Origin: a virus
Virus record (IMG/VR): IMGVR_UViG_3300035698_024280
Length of the DNA stretch: 64,000 nucleotides
Strand: one strand, 5' to 3'
Shown here: positions 9,259 through 19,067 of the stretch, piece by piece
Layout: each line of letters starts with the position of its first letter
Position numbering within the stretch: position 1 is the stretch's first letter
The notes under the pieces: generated by a model
What the model saw: the letters and a program-made list of their open reading frames with translations, nothing else
What the model was told of the DNA's origin: nothing
Databases searched by the model: none
Position numbers and translations under genes: made by a program

Positions 9259-11340
9259 ATGGAGGTACACCTGCACACAAACATTAACGGCTATTTTGCA
9301 TACAATATATTTTCAGAGACTCCTGATAATGTTACATACAAATCGCCTGAATATAAAAATTTAATATTAGATACAGGTCTATCACATTTATACAATAAAT
9401 CTGTGGATGAATGTATACGGGTCATAGATTTTGGAATATCAAATAAACGTGTGGAATCAACTCAGACTGGAGTAGTTAGCTCGGCATACCCGAACGCTAC
9501 TCTATTTACTAATCTATCTGCTCTTAACTATAAATCGACGATTGATTATGAAAATTCGAAAACAATTTTTACCTCATTCTTTAGAACTAATACAACATTA
9601 AGGGATTTATCCTTACAGGAATTCTCAATTAAACCGAGCGCGTTTGAATCTGGATTTTCTAGGCAGCTTCTAGATATACCACTCAAAGGAGGAGACGGTA
9701 TTGAGTTTTCTTATAGAGTAGAAGTTGATTGGCCAGAGTATACAAACGTAAACGATTTTGAAATATCATATAGGCTAGGTCTCGAGGGGAACGAATATAA
9801 TGCTACCCCTGCAACATTTCCTACTGATTGGACTATTGCTGAGGGAATCAGTGGCATGAATGGGACGGGTATTGCAAGCGATGGTAGTAATATTGTTGTA
9901 GTTTCATCAGGAGAGACAGACCCTAAGAATGTAATGTTCTCATTAGATACTGGAGAGACCTGGTCGCCTATAGCTACAAATCTATCAACACTAAATTTTA
10001 ATGATGTAGTAAACGGGTATGATGAAAGCCTGGAAATTAATAAATTTGTAGCTGTTGGGGATGGTCGCGTGGCATATACTACTTATAACATTACTCAGTG
10101 GTACGTTGCTTTCCCTGCATATACAACAAATTGGACTGGGGTTACGTATGGAAAAATTATAGATGATACAGCCGCTGGGACATTTGTTGCAGTAGCTGAT
10201 AGTGGAACTGCCCGAGTTATGTATTCTACAACTGCCGCTGATTGGACTAGCGGTGGTAGTGATAATATAACCGGTAATTCGGAATGGTCTTCTGTTACAT
10301 ACGGACCAGTTGGAGGGTTTGTTGCTGTTGCAGCAGCTGGTAGTAATCCACAGGTAGCTTTTTCGAAGGACGCTATTACCTGGCTATCAGCAGGATCTCC
10401 CGAAGATAACAATTGGAGAGATGTTACATACGGTAATGGTAGATATGTAGCTATATCTAACGATGGTGCAAATAGAATAATGTATGCAGATGAATCCAAT
10501 CTTACTTCCTGGCTATCTGCCTCAACCCCATATCCGAATAATTGGCAGGGTATAGAATTTGGCAATAATTTGTTTGTGGCGATTGCTTCAGGGGGGACAG
10601 ACTCTTCAATGCACTCAGTGAATGGTATAGATTGGTTGCCTAATAATAGCAATATAGGATCTAAGCCTTGGGTGAGTTTAACATCTACTGGTAGTGGTGG
10701 GTTTATAGCTGTATCAAATATAAATGAATATGAAAGTATTGTATCTCATACTAAGTATATACCAACTGTTTACCCCACAACTGTCACTTCAGTATCATCA
10801 ACCCTAATTAAAATTCCATTAAGCGGTCATGTATACAATAGAGATTATTTACTATACACATTATCTGGTATGGATATGCCGATTGAACCGACGTCTGGTG
10901 CATATTTACCGCATATAAACTTTAGCACAGGGTCTGAAGAAAATTCATATACTCAGTCTGATGATACTCTTATGTATCCCAATACTGCTATTAATACTTT
11001 TCATTTCGATCACCTAAATGGTTACGGGCCCATAAAGGGCGGTATTATTACTCATGGGAGAATAGAAGATCGAACATATACCACATATAATACAGACGGG
11101 ACAAAAGTAGTTCAAATATTACCCGGGATTGAAAATGGTGTATGGCTATTTAAATGGAATATACCACGTGTACTCCAAGGTACGCAAGCTACTACTGGAC
11201 CATTAGAGTCTACATACATAATAACACCAGAGCCGGGCTCATTAGTAAAGCCGATGTTCTCAGAAACTGGTGATCAATATGCAGAAGATCTCAGTCTAAC
11301 AATAAATGTAATACATACTTGGGGGCCGTACCGTGGTTAG
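9259..11340 (+). CDS. Virion protein with central beta-propeller (BNR/WD40-like) repeats
   Basis: Repeats WTGVTYG..FVAV, WSSVTYG..FVAV, WRDVTYGNGRYVAI, WQGIEFGNNLFVAI; TAAATA 9247-9252 at N6. Confidence 0.75.
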   Translation: MEVHLHTNINGYFAYNIFSETPDNVTYKSPEYKNLILDTGLSHLYNKSVDECIRVIDFGISNKRVESTQTGVVSSAYPNATLFTNLSALNYKSTIDYENSKTIFTSFFRTNTTLRDLSLQEFSIKPSAFESGFSRQLLDIPLKGGDGIEFSYRVEVDWPEYTNVNDFEISYRLGLEGNEYNATPATFPTDWTIAEGISGMNGTGIASDGSNIVVVSSGETDPKNVMFSLDTGETWSPIATNLSTLNFNDVVNGYDESLEINKFVAVGDGRVAYTTYNITQWYVAFPAYTTNWTGVTYGKIIDDTAAGTFVAVADSGTARVMYSTTAADWTSGGSDNITGNSEWSSVTYGPVGGFVAVAAAGSNPQVAFSKDAITWLSAGSPEDNNWRDVTYGNGRYVAISNDGANRIMYADESNLTSWLSASTPYPNNWQGIEFGNNLFVAIASGGTDSSMHSVNGIDWLPNNSNIGSKPWVSLTSTGSGGFIAVSNINEYESIVSHTKYIPTVYPTTVTSVSSTLIKIPLSGHVYNRDYLLYTLSGMDMPIEPTSGAYLPHINFSTGSEENSYTQSDDTLMYPNTAINTFHFDHLNGYGPIKGGIITHGRIEDRTYTTYNTDGTKVVQILPGIENGVWLFKWNIPRVLQGTQATTGPLESTYIITPEPGSLVKPMFSETGDQYAEDLSLTINVIHTWGPYRG

Positions 11341-11603
11341 TCAAAAGTTTCTGCTAAACTCTTACTAAAAATTCCAGTTTCCTTTTCATGCTGTATTCTA
11401 AGTCGCATTGAGGGGAACATTTCTTTTATATAACTGTTATACGCAGATGGCTTGATCCACTTATATGATTTATTCGGATCAATTCCATTTTCTTCAGCAT
11501 AAGTGGCAGATATATTAACAGCATTCATCAAGCATAACCATCTAGCTTGCTCATCCGTCTGCATTTTATCCCATCCCTTTTTTTCTTTAATAGGTATTTT
11601 CAT
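11337..11603 (-). CDS. Hypothetical protein
   Basis: Tightly packed in a minus-strand operon. Confidence 0.6.
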   Translation of the reverse strand: MKIPIKEKKGWDKMQTDEQARWLCLMNAVNISATYAEENGIDPNKSYKWIKPSAYNSYIKEMFPSMRLRIQHEKETGIFSKSLAETFD

Positions 11604-11604
11604 A

Positions 11605-11991
11605 TTATGCGAGTAATGTTCGAATCATTGAGATCATTTGATCTTTACCGACATTAAATTCATCATCTTCTAATATTAAAAATAGACTACGTATACAATT
11701 TATAATTTCTTTTAGTTTTTTAGACTTTCTCATATCTATATTATACCCCTGTTCCTTTTTTATTAATTCTTCATAACAATTGAGTGTTACTCTTAAAATA
11801 TCATTTGAGGAACCAATTTTACTGAACTGACTCTTGTGAAGATTTGCTAAGTTTATAGCGTCCATGGATTCCGGACTCGTTCTTGCAACCATCTTCAAGT
11901 ATGCACTAGTTATATCTTCATCTGAAATTAAGTCAATTGGCTTAGGACCAATTGCTGATGGTTTAGTTTCCTTATAGTCTATATTTGTCAT
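11605..11991 (-). CDS. Hypothetical protein
   Basis: Operon packing with 1-nt gaps. Confidence 0.6.
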   Translation of the reverse strand: MTNIDYKETKPSAIGPKPIDLISDEDITSAYLKMVARTSPESMDAINLANLHKSQFSKIGSSNDILRVTLNCYEELIKKEQGYNIDMRKSKKLKEIINCIRSLFLILEDDEFNVGKDQMISMIRTLLA

Positions 11992-11992
11992 A

Positions 11993-12226
11993 TTAACAAA
12001 CCCTTAACCCTATATAATTACAAATTGTACACTTAACATCTCTCTGCGGTGGATCTGTACATAATATATACATTAAAGTGTCTTGGAGCTGGTTATTACA
12101 CTTAGGGCAAGCTAAACCTGTATCTCTTGGATACTCTGATAAGTAATACCTAGTCTTTGTAGCATTCCAAAGCTCAAGCGGCATCAGGTTTGGTATGGGT
12201 GGGGGTGGGGGTGGTTTTGTCCTCAT
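11993..12226 (-). CDS. Small zinc-ribbon protein (start possibly at 12184)
   Basis: CPKC...CTIC; fills the gap between operon genes. Confidence 0.45.
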   Translation of the reverse strand: MRTKPPPPPPIPNLMPLELWNATKTRYYLSEYPRDTGLACPKCNNQLQDTLMYILCTDPPQRDVKCTICNYIGLRVC

Positions 12227-12659
12227 CTGTAGAATCCCGAGTAGTTATTAAGCTGTTATATATTTCATTAATATTTTTATTTGACTGATTAATATCAACT
12301 GGGATCGTAGCAAGTATAGATGTAACATCCACTTCTACGTTTATTTGTTTATTACACACATTACAATCAAATGTGTTATCTGTATTTAGAATAATTGGTA
12401 TAAATTGCTTATTTTTCTTGAAGCATGGGCAGGAAATCTCCATACCTTGTTTCTCTAAGGTCTCTAATTCTCGGATTTGCAATTTTCTACTATATAGATG
12501 AATAAATGGTAACGAGCTCCAATATACTAATAGCTGTATTATAGTTGTAATTGCAAATACTTCAATAAATCCATGCTTTATAAAAATGAGAGCTAATGTA
12601 CTACTTATTACGCATATTGTTCCCATTGCGCGAAATATATTAAAGAGCATTTTTACCAT
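12174..12659 (-). CDS. Membrane protein with zinc-ribbon-like motif
   Basis: Two hydrophobic N-terminal segments, CPC...CNVC; sigma70-like promoter upstream. Confidence 0.6.
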   Translation of the reverse strand: MVKMLFNIFRAMGTICVISSTLALIFIKHGFIEVFAITTIIQLLVYWSSLPFIHLYSRKLQIRELETLEKQGMEISCPCFKKNKQFIPIILNTDNTFDCNVCNKQINVEVDVTSILATIPVDINQSNKNINEIYNSLITTRDSTDEDKTTPTPTHTKPDAA

Positions 12660-12693
12660 AAACTAATTTTATAGTATAAAATCAACCTTTCAA
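12657..12693 (-). promoter_or_regulatory. sigma70-like promoter TTGAAA-N16-TAAAAT-N6-ATG
   Basis: Read on the minus strand: -35 at 12688-12693, -10 at 12666-12671. Confidence 0.55.
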
Positions 12694-13047
12694 CTGTAAA
12701 AGATCAATTTTAATCGTTAAATCTGCCAATATCGTATTTACAGTATCTAACTCCCCGTCTATATGGGAGATTACCTCCATATGCTCTTTTTTTATGGTAG
12801 GATTTTCAAGAGATGAGTTAAATGTCTTTTTTATATCTAAAACAGAGATAAATACATCACCTATTTGATCAATAACACTATTTAACTGGTAGGGTAATCC
12901 AGATGGTGCAAGATTATTATCATTATGTTGCTGCTTATTCTTTGCAAAAATGTCACCGTTTGGCAATCTACTCTCTACATCATCTGCTGAAGAGCTCCCA
13001 ACTCCTGAACCGGATTGGCTTCTTTTTGAATTAGCTATTGTATCCAT
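12682..13047 (-). CDS. Hypothetical protein (late)
   Basis: TAAATA-N6-ATG on the minus strand. Confidence 0.65.
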   Translation of the reverse strand: MDTIANSKRSQSGSGVGSSSADDVESRLPNGDIFAKNKQQHNDNNLAPSGLPYQLNSVIDQIGDVFISVLDIKKTFNSSLENPTIKKEHMEVISHIDGELDTVNTILADLTIKIDLLQLKG

Positions 13048-13104
13048 TTATATTATTTAATCAAAAAAATAGAGAGAAACATTCCATAAGGAATAAATAA
13101 TAAT

Positions 13105-13542
13105 ATGAGTAGTCACTTATATGAAAAAGCTTTCAAAATTCACCTCGAGCAGGATGAAATGGAAATCGGTATTAATCCAGGTGCTGAAGCGGCGGCTATG
13201 TCGGATACACTAGATCCAGGGACAGATGCGAGCTCTTTAGGTGCCCCTGAGGGGGCGGGCGGGGATGTACAATCTGCAATGGCAAGAAATAACCAAGCAA
13301 TGAAAGATTCCCTAACACATTGGATTAACGAAATGGATGGTTTTGTTGAATTTTTGAACGGTCTTGATGATATGTCTGTTCAGTCCCAGTTAAAAAATTC
13401 TATACCTGATACAATTATGGATAAAATTAGATCTTCAGAGATGAAGAAAATTTCCCGAGTTTCTATGGAGGTTGCTGGATTAAAAGAGATACTGCGCGGC
13501 TATTTAGCTAGCTCGGATGACAGTAAATATAAATTTGTGTAA
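13105..13542 (+). CDS. Hypothetical acidic protein, possible head-internal protein
   Basis: TAAATA-N5-ATG; N-term MSSHLYEKAFKIHLE|Q. Confidence 0.65.
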   Translation: MSSHLYEKAFKIHLEQDEMEIGINPGAEAAAMSDTLDPGTDASSLGAPEGAGGDVQSAMARNNQAMKDSLTHWINEMDGFVEFLNGLDDMSVQSQLKNSIPDTIMDKIRSSEMKKISRVSMEVAGLKEILRGYLASSDDSKYKFV

Positions 13543-13563
13543 TAATTAATATACCAGCAATAA

Positions 13564-13599
13564 TTGCAAAATAAGGGAAAGTTCGTATACTAAGGTATG
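13564..13599 (+). promoter_or_regulatory. sigma70-like promoter TTGCAA-N16-TATACT-N5-ATG
   Basis: -35 13564-13569, -10 13586-13591, ATG 13597. Confidence 0.6.
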
Positions 13600-14619
13600 G
13601 ATATTCCTAGAGAATATACCGTATTAAAATTTTTTCAGTACGGTCATAACACTAAGCATAATAAGTATAATGATTCATATCAGGCGGGATGCCCGGTATG
13701 CCGTGAGGGTAAGTCATTAGGTAAAAAGCAGAGATGTTACTATATACCAGCTAATGATATTATATACTGTCATAATTGCGGGTGGTCATCCAAGTCTATA
13801 AAATGGATTAAAGAGGTAGGATCACTAACTTATGATGAAATCTTAGAGGAAGCTCGAGATTTTGATATTGATGTAGATAAATACCTAAAGACTCGAGAGA
13901 ATGTTGAAAGCAGACGAGTTGTAAAAACATTACCTGATGACTGTATAAATTTATTTGATCCGAGTCAAGTAAAATTTTATAGTGATAATAAAGTTATACA
14001 GCAGGCACTACAAGTCATAAAGGGACGGTATATTGATACGGCCGTTAATCGACCTAAAGGTATATTTGTTTCCTTATCTGATTTCGTTCATAAAAATAGG
14101 CTGATTATACCTTTTTATGATAATTCTGAAAAGATTATTTTCTATCAATCTAGATCCATTATGGATGATAGCCTTCCAAAATATTTATCGAAAACTGACG
14201 GTATAAAGAGCTTGTACGGGTTTAATAATATAGATCCTTCCTTGGAGTATATTTTCTTATTTGAGGGGCCGATCAATAGCTTTTTTTGTAGGAATGGTGT
14301 CGCTGTTGCAGGTATACAAGAAAAGTCAACAACTAGCTTTACGAACGTCCAACAATCTCAGCTTCAAGAACTCCCATTATATAAAAGAATATGGGTTTTA
14401 GATTCTCAACAAAAAGATAGAGCCTCTAGATTAAAATCTAACATACTTGCCGATTTAGGTGAAAATATATTTGTATGGCCGAGAGGTCTAGGTAATAAGT
14501 ATAAAGACTTTAATGATATTGCAATAGACCTAAAGATAAACGAGCTACCAACAAAATATATAGTTGATAACTCGTTTAGAGGTATGGGAGCTAAGATTGC
14601 TATATCAGCTGAGGCTTAA
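13597..14619 (+). CDS. 61: DNA primase, T4 gp61-like
   Basis: Zn finger CPVC...CHNCG; IIPFYD..IIFYQSR; KYL; TOPRIM FEGPINS and VLD. Confidence 0.9.
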   Translation: MDIPREYTVLKFFQYGHNTKHNKYNDSYQAGCPVCREGKSLGKKQRCYYIPANDIIYCHNCGWSSKSIKWIKEVGSLTYDEILEEARDFDIDVDKYLKTRENVESRRVVKTLPDDCINLFDPSQVKFYSDNKVIQQALQVIKGRYIDTAVNRPKGIFVSLSDFVHKNRLIIPFYDNSEKIIFYQSRSIMDDSLPKYLSKTDGIKSLYGFNNIDPSLEYIFLFEGPINSFFCRNGVAVAGIQEKSTTSFTNVQQSQLQELPLYKRIWVLDSQQKDRASRLKSNILADLGENIFVWPRGLGNKYKDFNDIAIDLKINELPTKYIVDNSFRGMGAKIAISAEA

Positions 14620-15716
14620 GAAATATGAGACTCTACTAAATATAATGCAGATGCATCTAATAATGATAAACACTCATTATACAAAGAGATAATTAAATCT
14701 CTCTCAGAGGCTTGATCTAACTCAATATCATCTACTATACTAATAAGGCTCTCACGGCCATTATCACTCAGTATAGCTTTTGCTGCTTCGTAATTATTTT
14801 TACTAAGAGCTTTCTTTAGCTCTTTAGCCAATTGCTGTACGTCTTTAGATAATTTACTTCTAGCGGCCTCAGGAGCTGCCATCGGGTCACTTTTTTGCTT
14901 TCTAACACGAGCCGTAAAATCCTGAGAGGTCTTTGCAGACTTAGCAAAAGTTGTTAAAAACTCATAAGGGTCAAAACTCTGCCCTGTAGAATTTCCTTCA
15001 GATTTAAATTGTTGCTCTTTGAGGGTTATAAAGGATTCAAAAATCCTAGAAACCTTATCTTCTATTTCGCTGGCAGATGGCTTGCCTCCTGCAAAGTAAA
15101 TTTCATATACTAAAGTAGCCTCATCTATATTAAGGCTATCAAGATCAGCCTCTGATATATCATTAAAGCTTTTTGCCGTCTTTATATTATTTCTATCACT
15201 AGGCGACGCAGCTAGATATAAACTTCTTACAGCTTTTGTTATAAGCTTCGATAATATGGGCTTATTAGATTTATGAGCAGCTTGAATTTCAACCCTGGCA
15301 GTTTCAGCCTCTTGCTTATACCTATCAAAATTTATATTACCCCCATATAGGCTTTTTGCATTCTTTGGATCTGCTAAAATAAAAGAAGCTTGTCGAAATC
15401 TCCTAATAGACTCAAGTATATTACTTAGCGTAGATTCTAACTGATCTCCCATATCTTGTTTATAGACAATTCTCATTGCTGTAACAAACTGGTTAAACAG
15501 TTTCATATGATCTGAGACCCCTGCGTCTCTCGGATCTTTTATATTACTTTTACTGGGGGACTCTGGATTGAAATCAGATCTACCTACAGGAGAAGCTCCA
15601 GGTGATGGTGATGGGCCTGCGTTTGTCCTAGCTGAGTGGTACCGAGCGCCAGATCTACCATCTCTTGCTTCATTTATTTTATGACGTCTCATAGTATTAT
15701 GAATATAGTTTCTCAA
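14616..15716 (-). CDS. Hypothetical protein (366 aa), possible head-internal protein
   Basis: Long ORF; N-term ...HKINE|AR. Confidence 0.65.
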   Translation of the reverse strand: MRNYIHNTMRRHKINEARDGRSGARYHSARTNAGPSPSPGASPVGRSDFNPESPSKSNIKDPRDAGVSDHMKLFNQFVTAMRIVYKQDMGDQLESTLSNILESIRRFRQASFILADPKNAKSLYGGNINFDRYKQEAETARVEIQAAHKSNKPILSKLITKAVRSLYLAASPSDRNNIKTAKSFNDISEADLDSLNIDEATLVYEIYFAGGKPSASEIEDKVSRIFESFITLKEQQFKSEGNSTGQSFDPYEFLTTFAKSAKTSQDFTARVRKQKSDPMAAPEAARSKLSKDVQQLAKELKKALSKNNYEAAKAILSDNGRESLISIVDDIELDQASERDLIISLYNECLSLLDASALYLVESHIS

Positions 15717-16131
15717 TATCAGCTTCTACCTTACTAAATATACTCTCGAAGTCATCATCAGGGTGTAGAGATGGGTTTTCTACAACTACATCATCATACA
15801 TTTGTTGTATATGCTTAGACGCCTCTCTCTCTTGCATAGTGTTAGGGTGATTCATAACATCATAGGCATCGATCTCGCCGTGCGCAATCGATAATAAAAT
15901 ATCACGTACAGCGTCAGGGCAGCTGACGGAGTTATTACGCTCAACAGATTCGTTTAATTCGTGGTGAACTGTCGATACTATACCCTTTCTTAAGAAGGTA
16001 CCCACGCTAGGGTCTATCCATCGTGCTTCAACTACAGTTCGATCTCTATATTCAATTGTCCTTAAAGTCGGTGATACAGGATGCCCTGTAATAGGCGAAA
16101 TTATTTTTACTGGACGTACATTTTGTTCCAT
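15697..16131 (-). CDS. Hypothetical protein (late)
   Basis: TAAATA-N5-ATG on the minus strand. Confidence 0.65.
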   Translation of the reverse strand: MEQNVRPVKIISPITGHPVSPTLRTIEYRDRTVVEARWIDPSVGTFLRKGIVSTVHHELNESVERNNSVSCPDAVRDILLSIAHGEIDAYDVMNHPNTMQEREASKHIQQMYDDVVVENPSLHPDDDFESIFSKVEADIEKLYS

Positions 16132-16184
16132 AATACTATTTATGGCAGATAGTAAAATCTTCCCTATTTAACCGTATTATTATA

Positions 16185-17051
16185 TTACGAAAATAGTTTC
16201 GCTATAGTATTATTTAGTACATTATCCATAAAAAATAAATTATGCCAGGATGACTCTTGTTTTAAAGTATCATATAAATTATTAGAATTACACAATTTAA
16301 CAAATATATTAAATTTGGGGTTAGGTAGCCCAACTGCTAGCTGGTTGTTATAAGTCTCATATTCATTATCCCACTCAGGTAATCCAATATTATTAAGATT
16401 AATTAACTTTAAATTGTTTTCGACAATTAAATTTTGATCCTCAGTTAGAGCAGTTTCACCGTTTAAAACTTTTAATGCCTTTTTGTTGCCAAACTTATAT
16501 ACACCTAAAATATTATCAGCTTTATCTCCTGTTATAGATTTATATTTTGCATACTGGGTAGGCTTCATGTTATACTCCGTAGTAAATTTACTAACGTCAT
16601 ACATTACTTTTTTAATTGGGGAGAAAACTGAAGTATTACTATCTATAAGCTGTAGCATATCTGTATCTACTGTTACTACTATTTTTTTGCCTTCTAGCTT
16701 ATTAGTGAGATAAAATATTATATCATCTGCCTCCCCTCGCTCTGGGTGTATATTTAAAATACCTAAGGACTCAAATATTTTTTCAATTTCCGGGGCTAGC
16801 TCATAAACTTCTGCATTATAAACCGCATCCCGATTACCCTTATATTCTGCATCTTCTGATTTACGGAAAGGCTCTTCATCACTCAACCTCCGATCCCACG
16901 CGCAATAAATATCGGTCGGTTTAAATTTTTCCTTATACATTTTAATCGATTTAAGTAAAATAGAAATATGATTTAAATCTGGATTTATATTAGATACCCA
17001 GAATGCACGATGTAACAGGTTATTACCGTCAATTATTAAGTTACTTTTCAT
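16185..17051 (-). CDS. rnh: T4 RNase H / 5'-3' (flap) exonuclease
   Basis: LIIDGNNLLHR, AWD, YKGNR, EADDII, DTDMLQL, GDKADNI.GV..FG.KKA. Confidence 0.92.
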   Translation of the reverse strand: MKSNLIIDGNNLLHRAFWVSNINPDLNHISILLKSIKMYKEKFKPTDIYCAWDRRLSDEEPFRKSEDAEYKGNRDAVYNAEVYELAPEIEKIFESLGILNIHPERGEADDIIFYLTNKLEGKKIVVTVDTDMLQLIDSNTSVFSPIKKVMYDVSKFTTEYNMKPTQYAKYKSITGDKADNILGVYKFGNKKALKVLNGETALTEDQNLIVENNLKLINLNNIGLPEWDNEYETYNNQLAVGLPNPKFNIFVKLCNSNNLYDTLKQESSWHNLFFMDNVLNNTIAKLFS

Positions 17052-17283
17052 TTTTCAAATATTGCAATTTTGATGTTTCAAATACATAAGATGGTATACT
17101 CTTGATATGTTTTACAATTCCCGACTCTATACCTATATCAAATGTAGGCTTATCGAGTTTACGATTCACCATTACAGGTACGGCTAAAAATTGATAGTTA
17201 TTATTATCTTCACTGCAAAATATCCACAGCTCGCCAGCGTAGTCCCCTTTATGAACTCCGAATATATCACAGTCTTTAGGCAT
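17041..17283 (-). CDS. Hypothetical protein
   Basis: Overlap-coupled in the replication operon. Confidence 0.6.
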   Translation of the reverse strand: MPKDCDIFGVHKGDYAGELWIFCSEDNNNYQFLAVPVMVNRKLDKPTFDIGIESGIVKHIKSIPSYVFETSKLQYLKNEK

Positions 17284-17289
17284 TATATT

Positions 17290-17649
17290 CTAATTCGGAA
17301 TTATCGTTTCTGATCGATCCTTTATAAATTTACTATTATCACCTAACTGCTGAGCGCCATGCTTCATAAGCACTTCAACTAACACTTCCATAGATGATGT
17401 TTTTAGCTTATGGTTAACCCCAAAAGATCTACCACCGTCATCAAATGAAAATACTACCTCCTTATTGTCAAATTGATCATTACTGCATGTAATAAAAATA
17501 CTGGTATTTCCTGGGTCTACTAATACTGTCCACCTTCGAGGGTCATGTTCAGCAAATTCGTTATACATTTTAAGTACTATAAATCCGCAATCTCTCAACC
17601 TCTTTAAAAAATAACCTTGAGTATAAATATTGTTCTTTGTTTTTTTCAT
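17290..17649 (-). CDS. Hypothetical protein
   Basis: Overlap-coupled in the replication operon. Confidence 0.65.
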   Translation of the reverse strand: MKKTKNNIYTQGYFLKRLRDCGFIVLKMYNEFAEHDPRRWTVLVDPGNTSIFITCSNDQFDNKEVVFSFDDGGRSFGVNHKLKTSSMEVLVEVLMKHGAQQLGDNSKFIKDRSETIIPN

Positions 17650-18377
17650 GATATAACTGATGTAACTATATATTGAAGCCTCGTAGACCCAACATTAATA
17701 TCAAATTTTGCGATGCCATACTCATTATTAATACAAACCGTCGCTGGTTGTCTAAGGGTCGAGAATGAGCGGATTGCATCTAACATTAACGGTATAGGTG
17801 TTGTAATCTCATTACCTGTATGACCTTCGATGAGGCAAAATGAAAACATATCACTATTATCAATTGTCCTGTCTGTTAACTCGGCGTATATATTTTGATC
17901 TTTCGAGTAAAAATAAACTTTATTTGCATCTCCTGCTACCGTAGAGCTTTTAACTATCTGGTTAATAAGTTCCGCACTAATCTCAAATTCTACATCATAT
18001 TTAAATGCGTTAATCTTATCTATGTTGAGCTTTGGTATGGATAAAATACCATCCTCATATAAGTGGTATTTAAATTTAAATAAATTTGATTTATACTGCA
18101 GATTATTGGTATTAATAATTAAATTAATTTCATTACCTTCAATCAGCTTAAGAGAATTAACAAGTTTATCTACGCTAGGTACATTGATTGTAATATCCTC
18201 ATCATCTGTAACTCCGGTTAAATGCCTTGTGTATAGTATCGTTGAGTTATCGACAGAAGACACAATACATTGCATCTCTCCGTTCTTATTATTAAATACA
18301 GCAGTTTCAGAAAATTGTGTTATAGGCTTTAAAAAATCTCTAATGAATGTCTCTTTATCGTTAATTTTTAAATTCAT
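17646..18377 (-). CDS. 45: Sliding clamp, gp45-like
   Basis: 243 aa, two-domain clamp-like pattern (FLKPI..F, FKYHL.E.GI), replication context. Confidence 0.7.
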   Translation of the reverse strand: MNLKINDKETFIRDFLKPITQFSETAVFNNKNGEMQCIVSSVDNSTILYTRHLTGVTDDEDITINVPSVDKLVNSLKLIEGNEINLIINTNNLQYKSNLFKFKYHLYEDGILSIPKLNIDKINAFKYDVEFEISAELINQIVKSSTVAGDANKVYFYSKDQNIYAELTDRTIDNSDMFSFCLIEGHTGNEITTPIPLMLDAIRSFSTLRQPATVCINNEYGIAKFDINVGSTRLQYIVTSVIS

Positions 18378-18380
18378 ATA

Positions 18381-19067
18381 TTACCAGTTTGTTATCATTT
18401 TTTCGGAATCCTGAATTCGAACATCTTTAGGTGTTGCCTCTTTAGGTGTTGGAGCTTTAGGTGTTGGAGCTTTATTAGATTTTTTCTTTTGTGCTCGCTT
18501 TGTTTTAGCTCTTTTTCTCGCTGAGTCTGACAATTCTTTCTTTTTATTAAGTAATATATCTAGAGACCCTTTAATATACTTTAATTCTAATTTTAATTGA
18601 TTAATTTCGCTTATTAAAATTTTAGTTTGAGCTGAGGGCTCAGTAAATTCAAACTCTAGCTGATTCTCCCCACTTATAGTTGGTGGTATAGCAGTCCCTT
18701 TATCTAAATCTAAATTAGGCCTTCGTATGGCAGTACCACTACCTAAATCGGGTATTGTTATATTATTACCACTACCTAAATCGGGCATTGGTATATTATT
18801 ACCACCATCTAAGTTATCTGATGGGTCATATTGATGTGGTGGAACTATAGGGGCATTAACTTCATCTATAGCGCTATATGTCGGTGTATTATAATTAGGA
18901 TTTCCAAATTTAGTATCTATATCATTCGCAGCTTTAGCTATAATAGCTTCTGAATTCTGCTTAGATGTAGGTACTACTGTAGATTTATCTAACTCGGCGG
19001 ATCTACTCATAAAGGCCCCTAGAAAATTTGCTAGGGCCCTTTTATCGTTTTCTTTATTATTAGTCAT
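18381..19067 (-). CDS. Hypothetical protein with internal repeats and a QLEFEF motif
   Basis: PDLGSG repeats, KAPTP repeats; lies between gp32 and gp45. Confidence 0.65.
   Translation of the reverse strand: MTNNKENDKRALANFLGAFMSRSAELDKSTVVPTSKQNSEAIIAKAANDIDTKFGNPNYNTPTYSAIDEVNAPIVPPHQYDPSDNLDGGNNIPMPDLGSGNNITIPDLGSGTAIRRPNLDLDKGTAIPPTISGENQLEFEFTEPSAQTKILISEINQLKLELKYIKGSLDILLNKKKELSDSARKRAKTKRAQKKKSNKAPTPKAPTPKEATPKDVRIQDSEKMITNW
18426..18474. repeat. 15-bp tandem repeat x3 (K-A/E-P/A-T-P)
   Basis: tttaggtgttgcctc tttaggtgttggagc tttaggtgttggagc ttta. Confidence 0.9.
18735..18800. repeat. 33-bp tandem repeat x2 (NNIxxPDLGSG)
   Basis: accactacctaaatcgggtattgttatattatt / accactacctaaatcgggcattggtatattatt. 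Confidence 0.9.
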
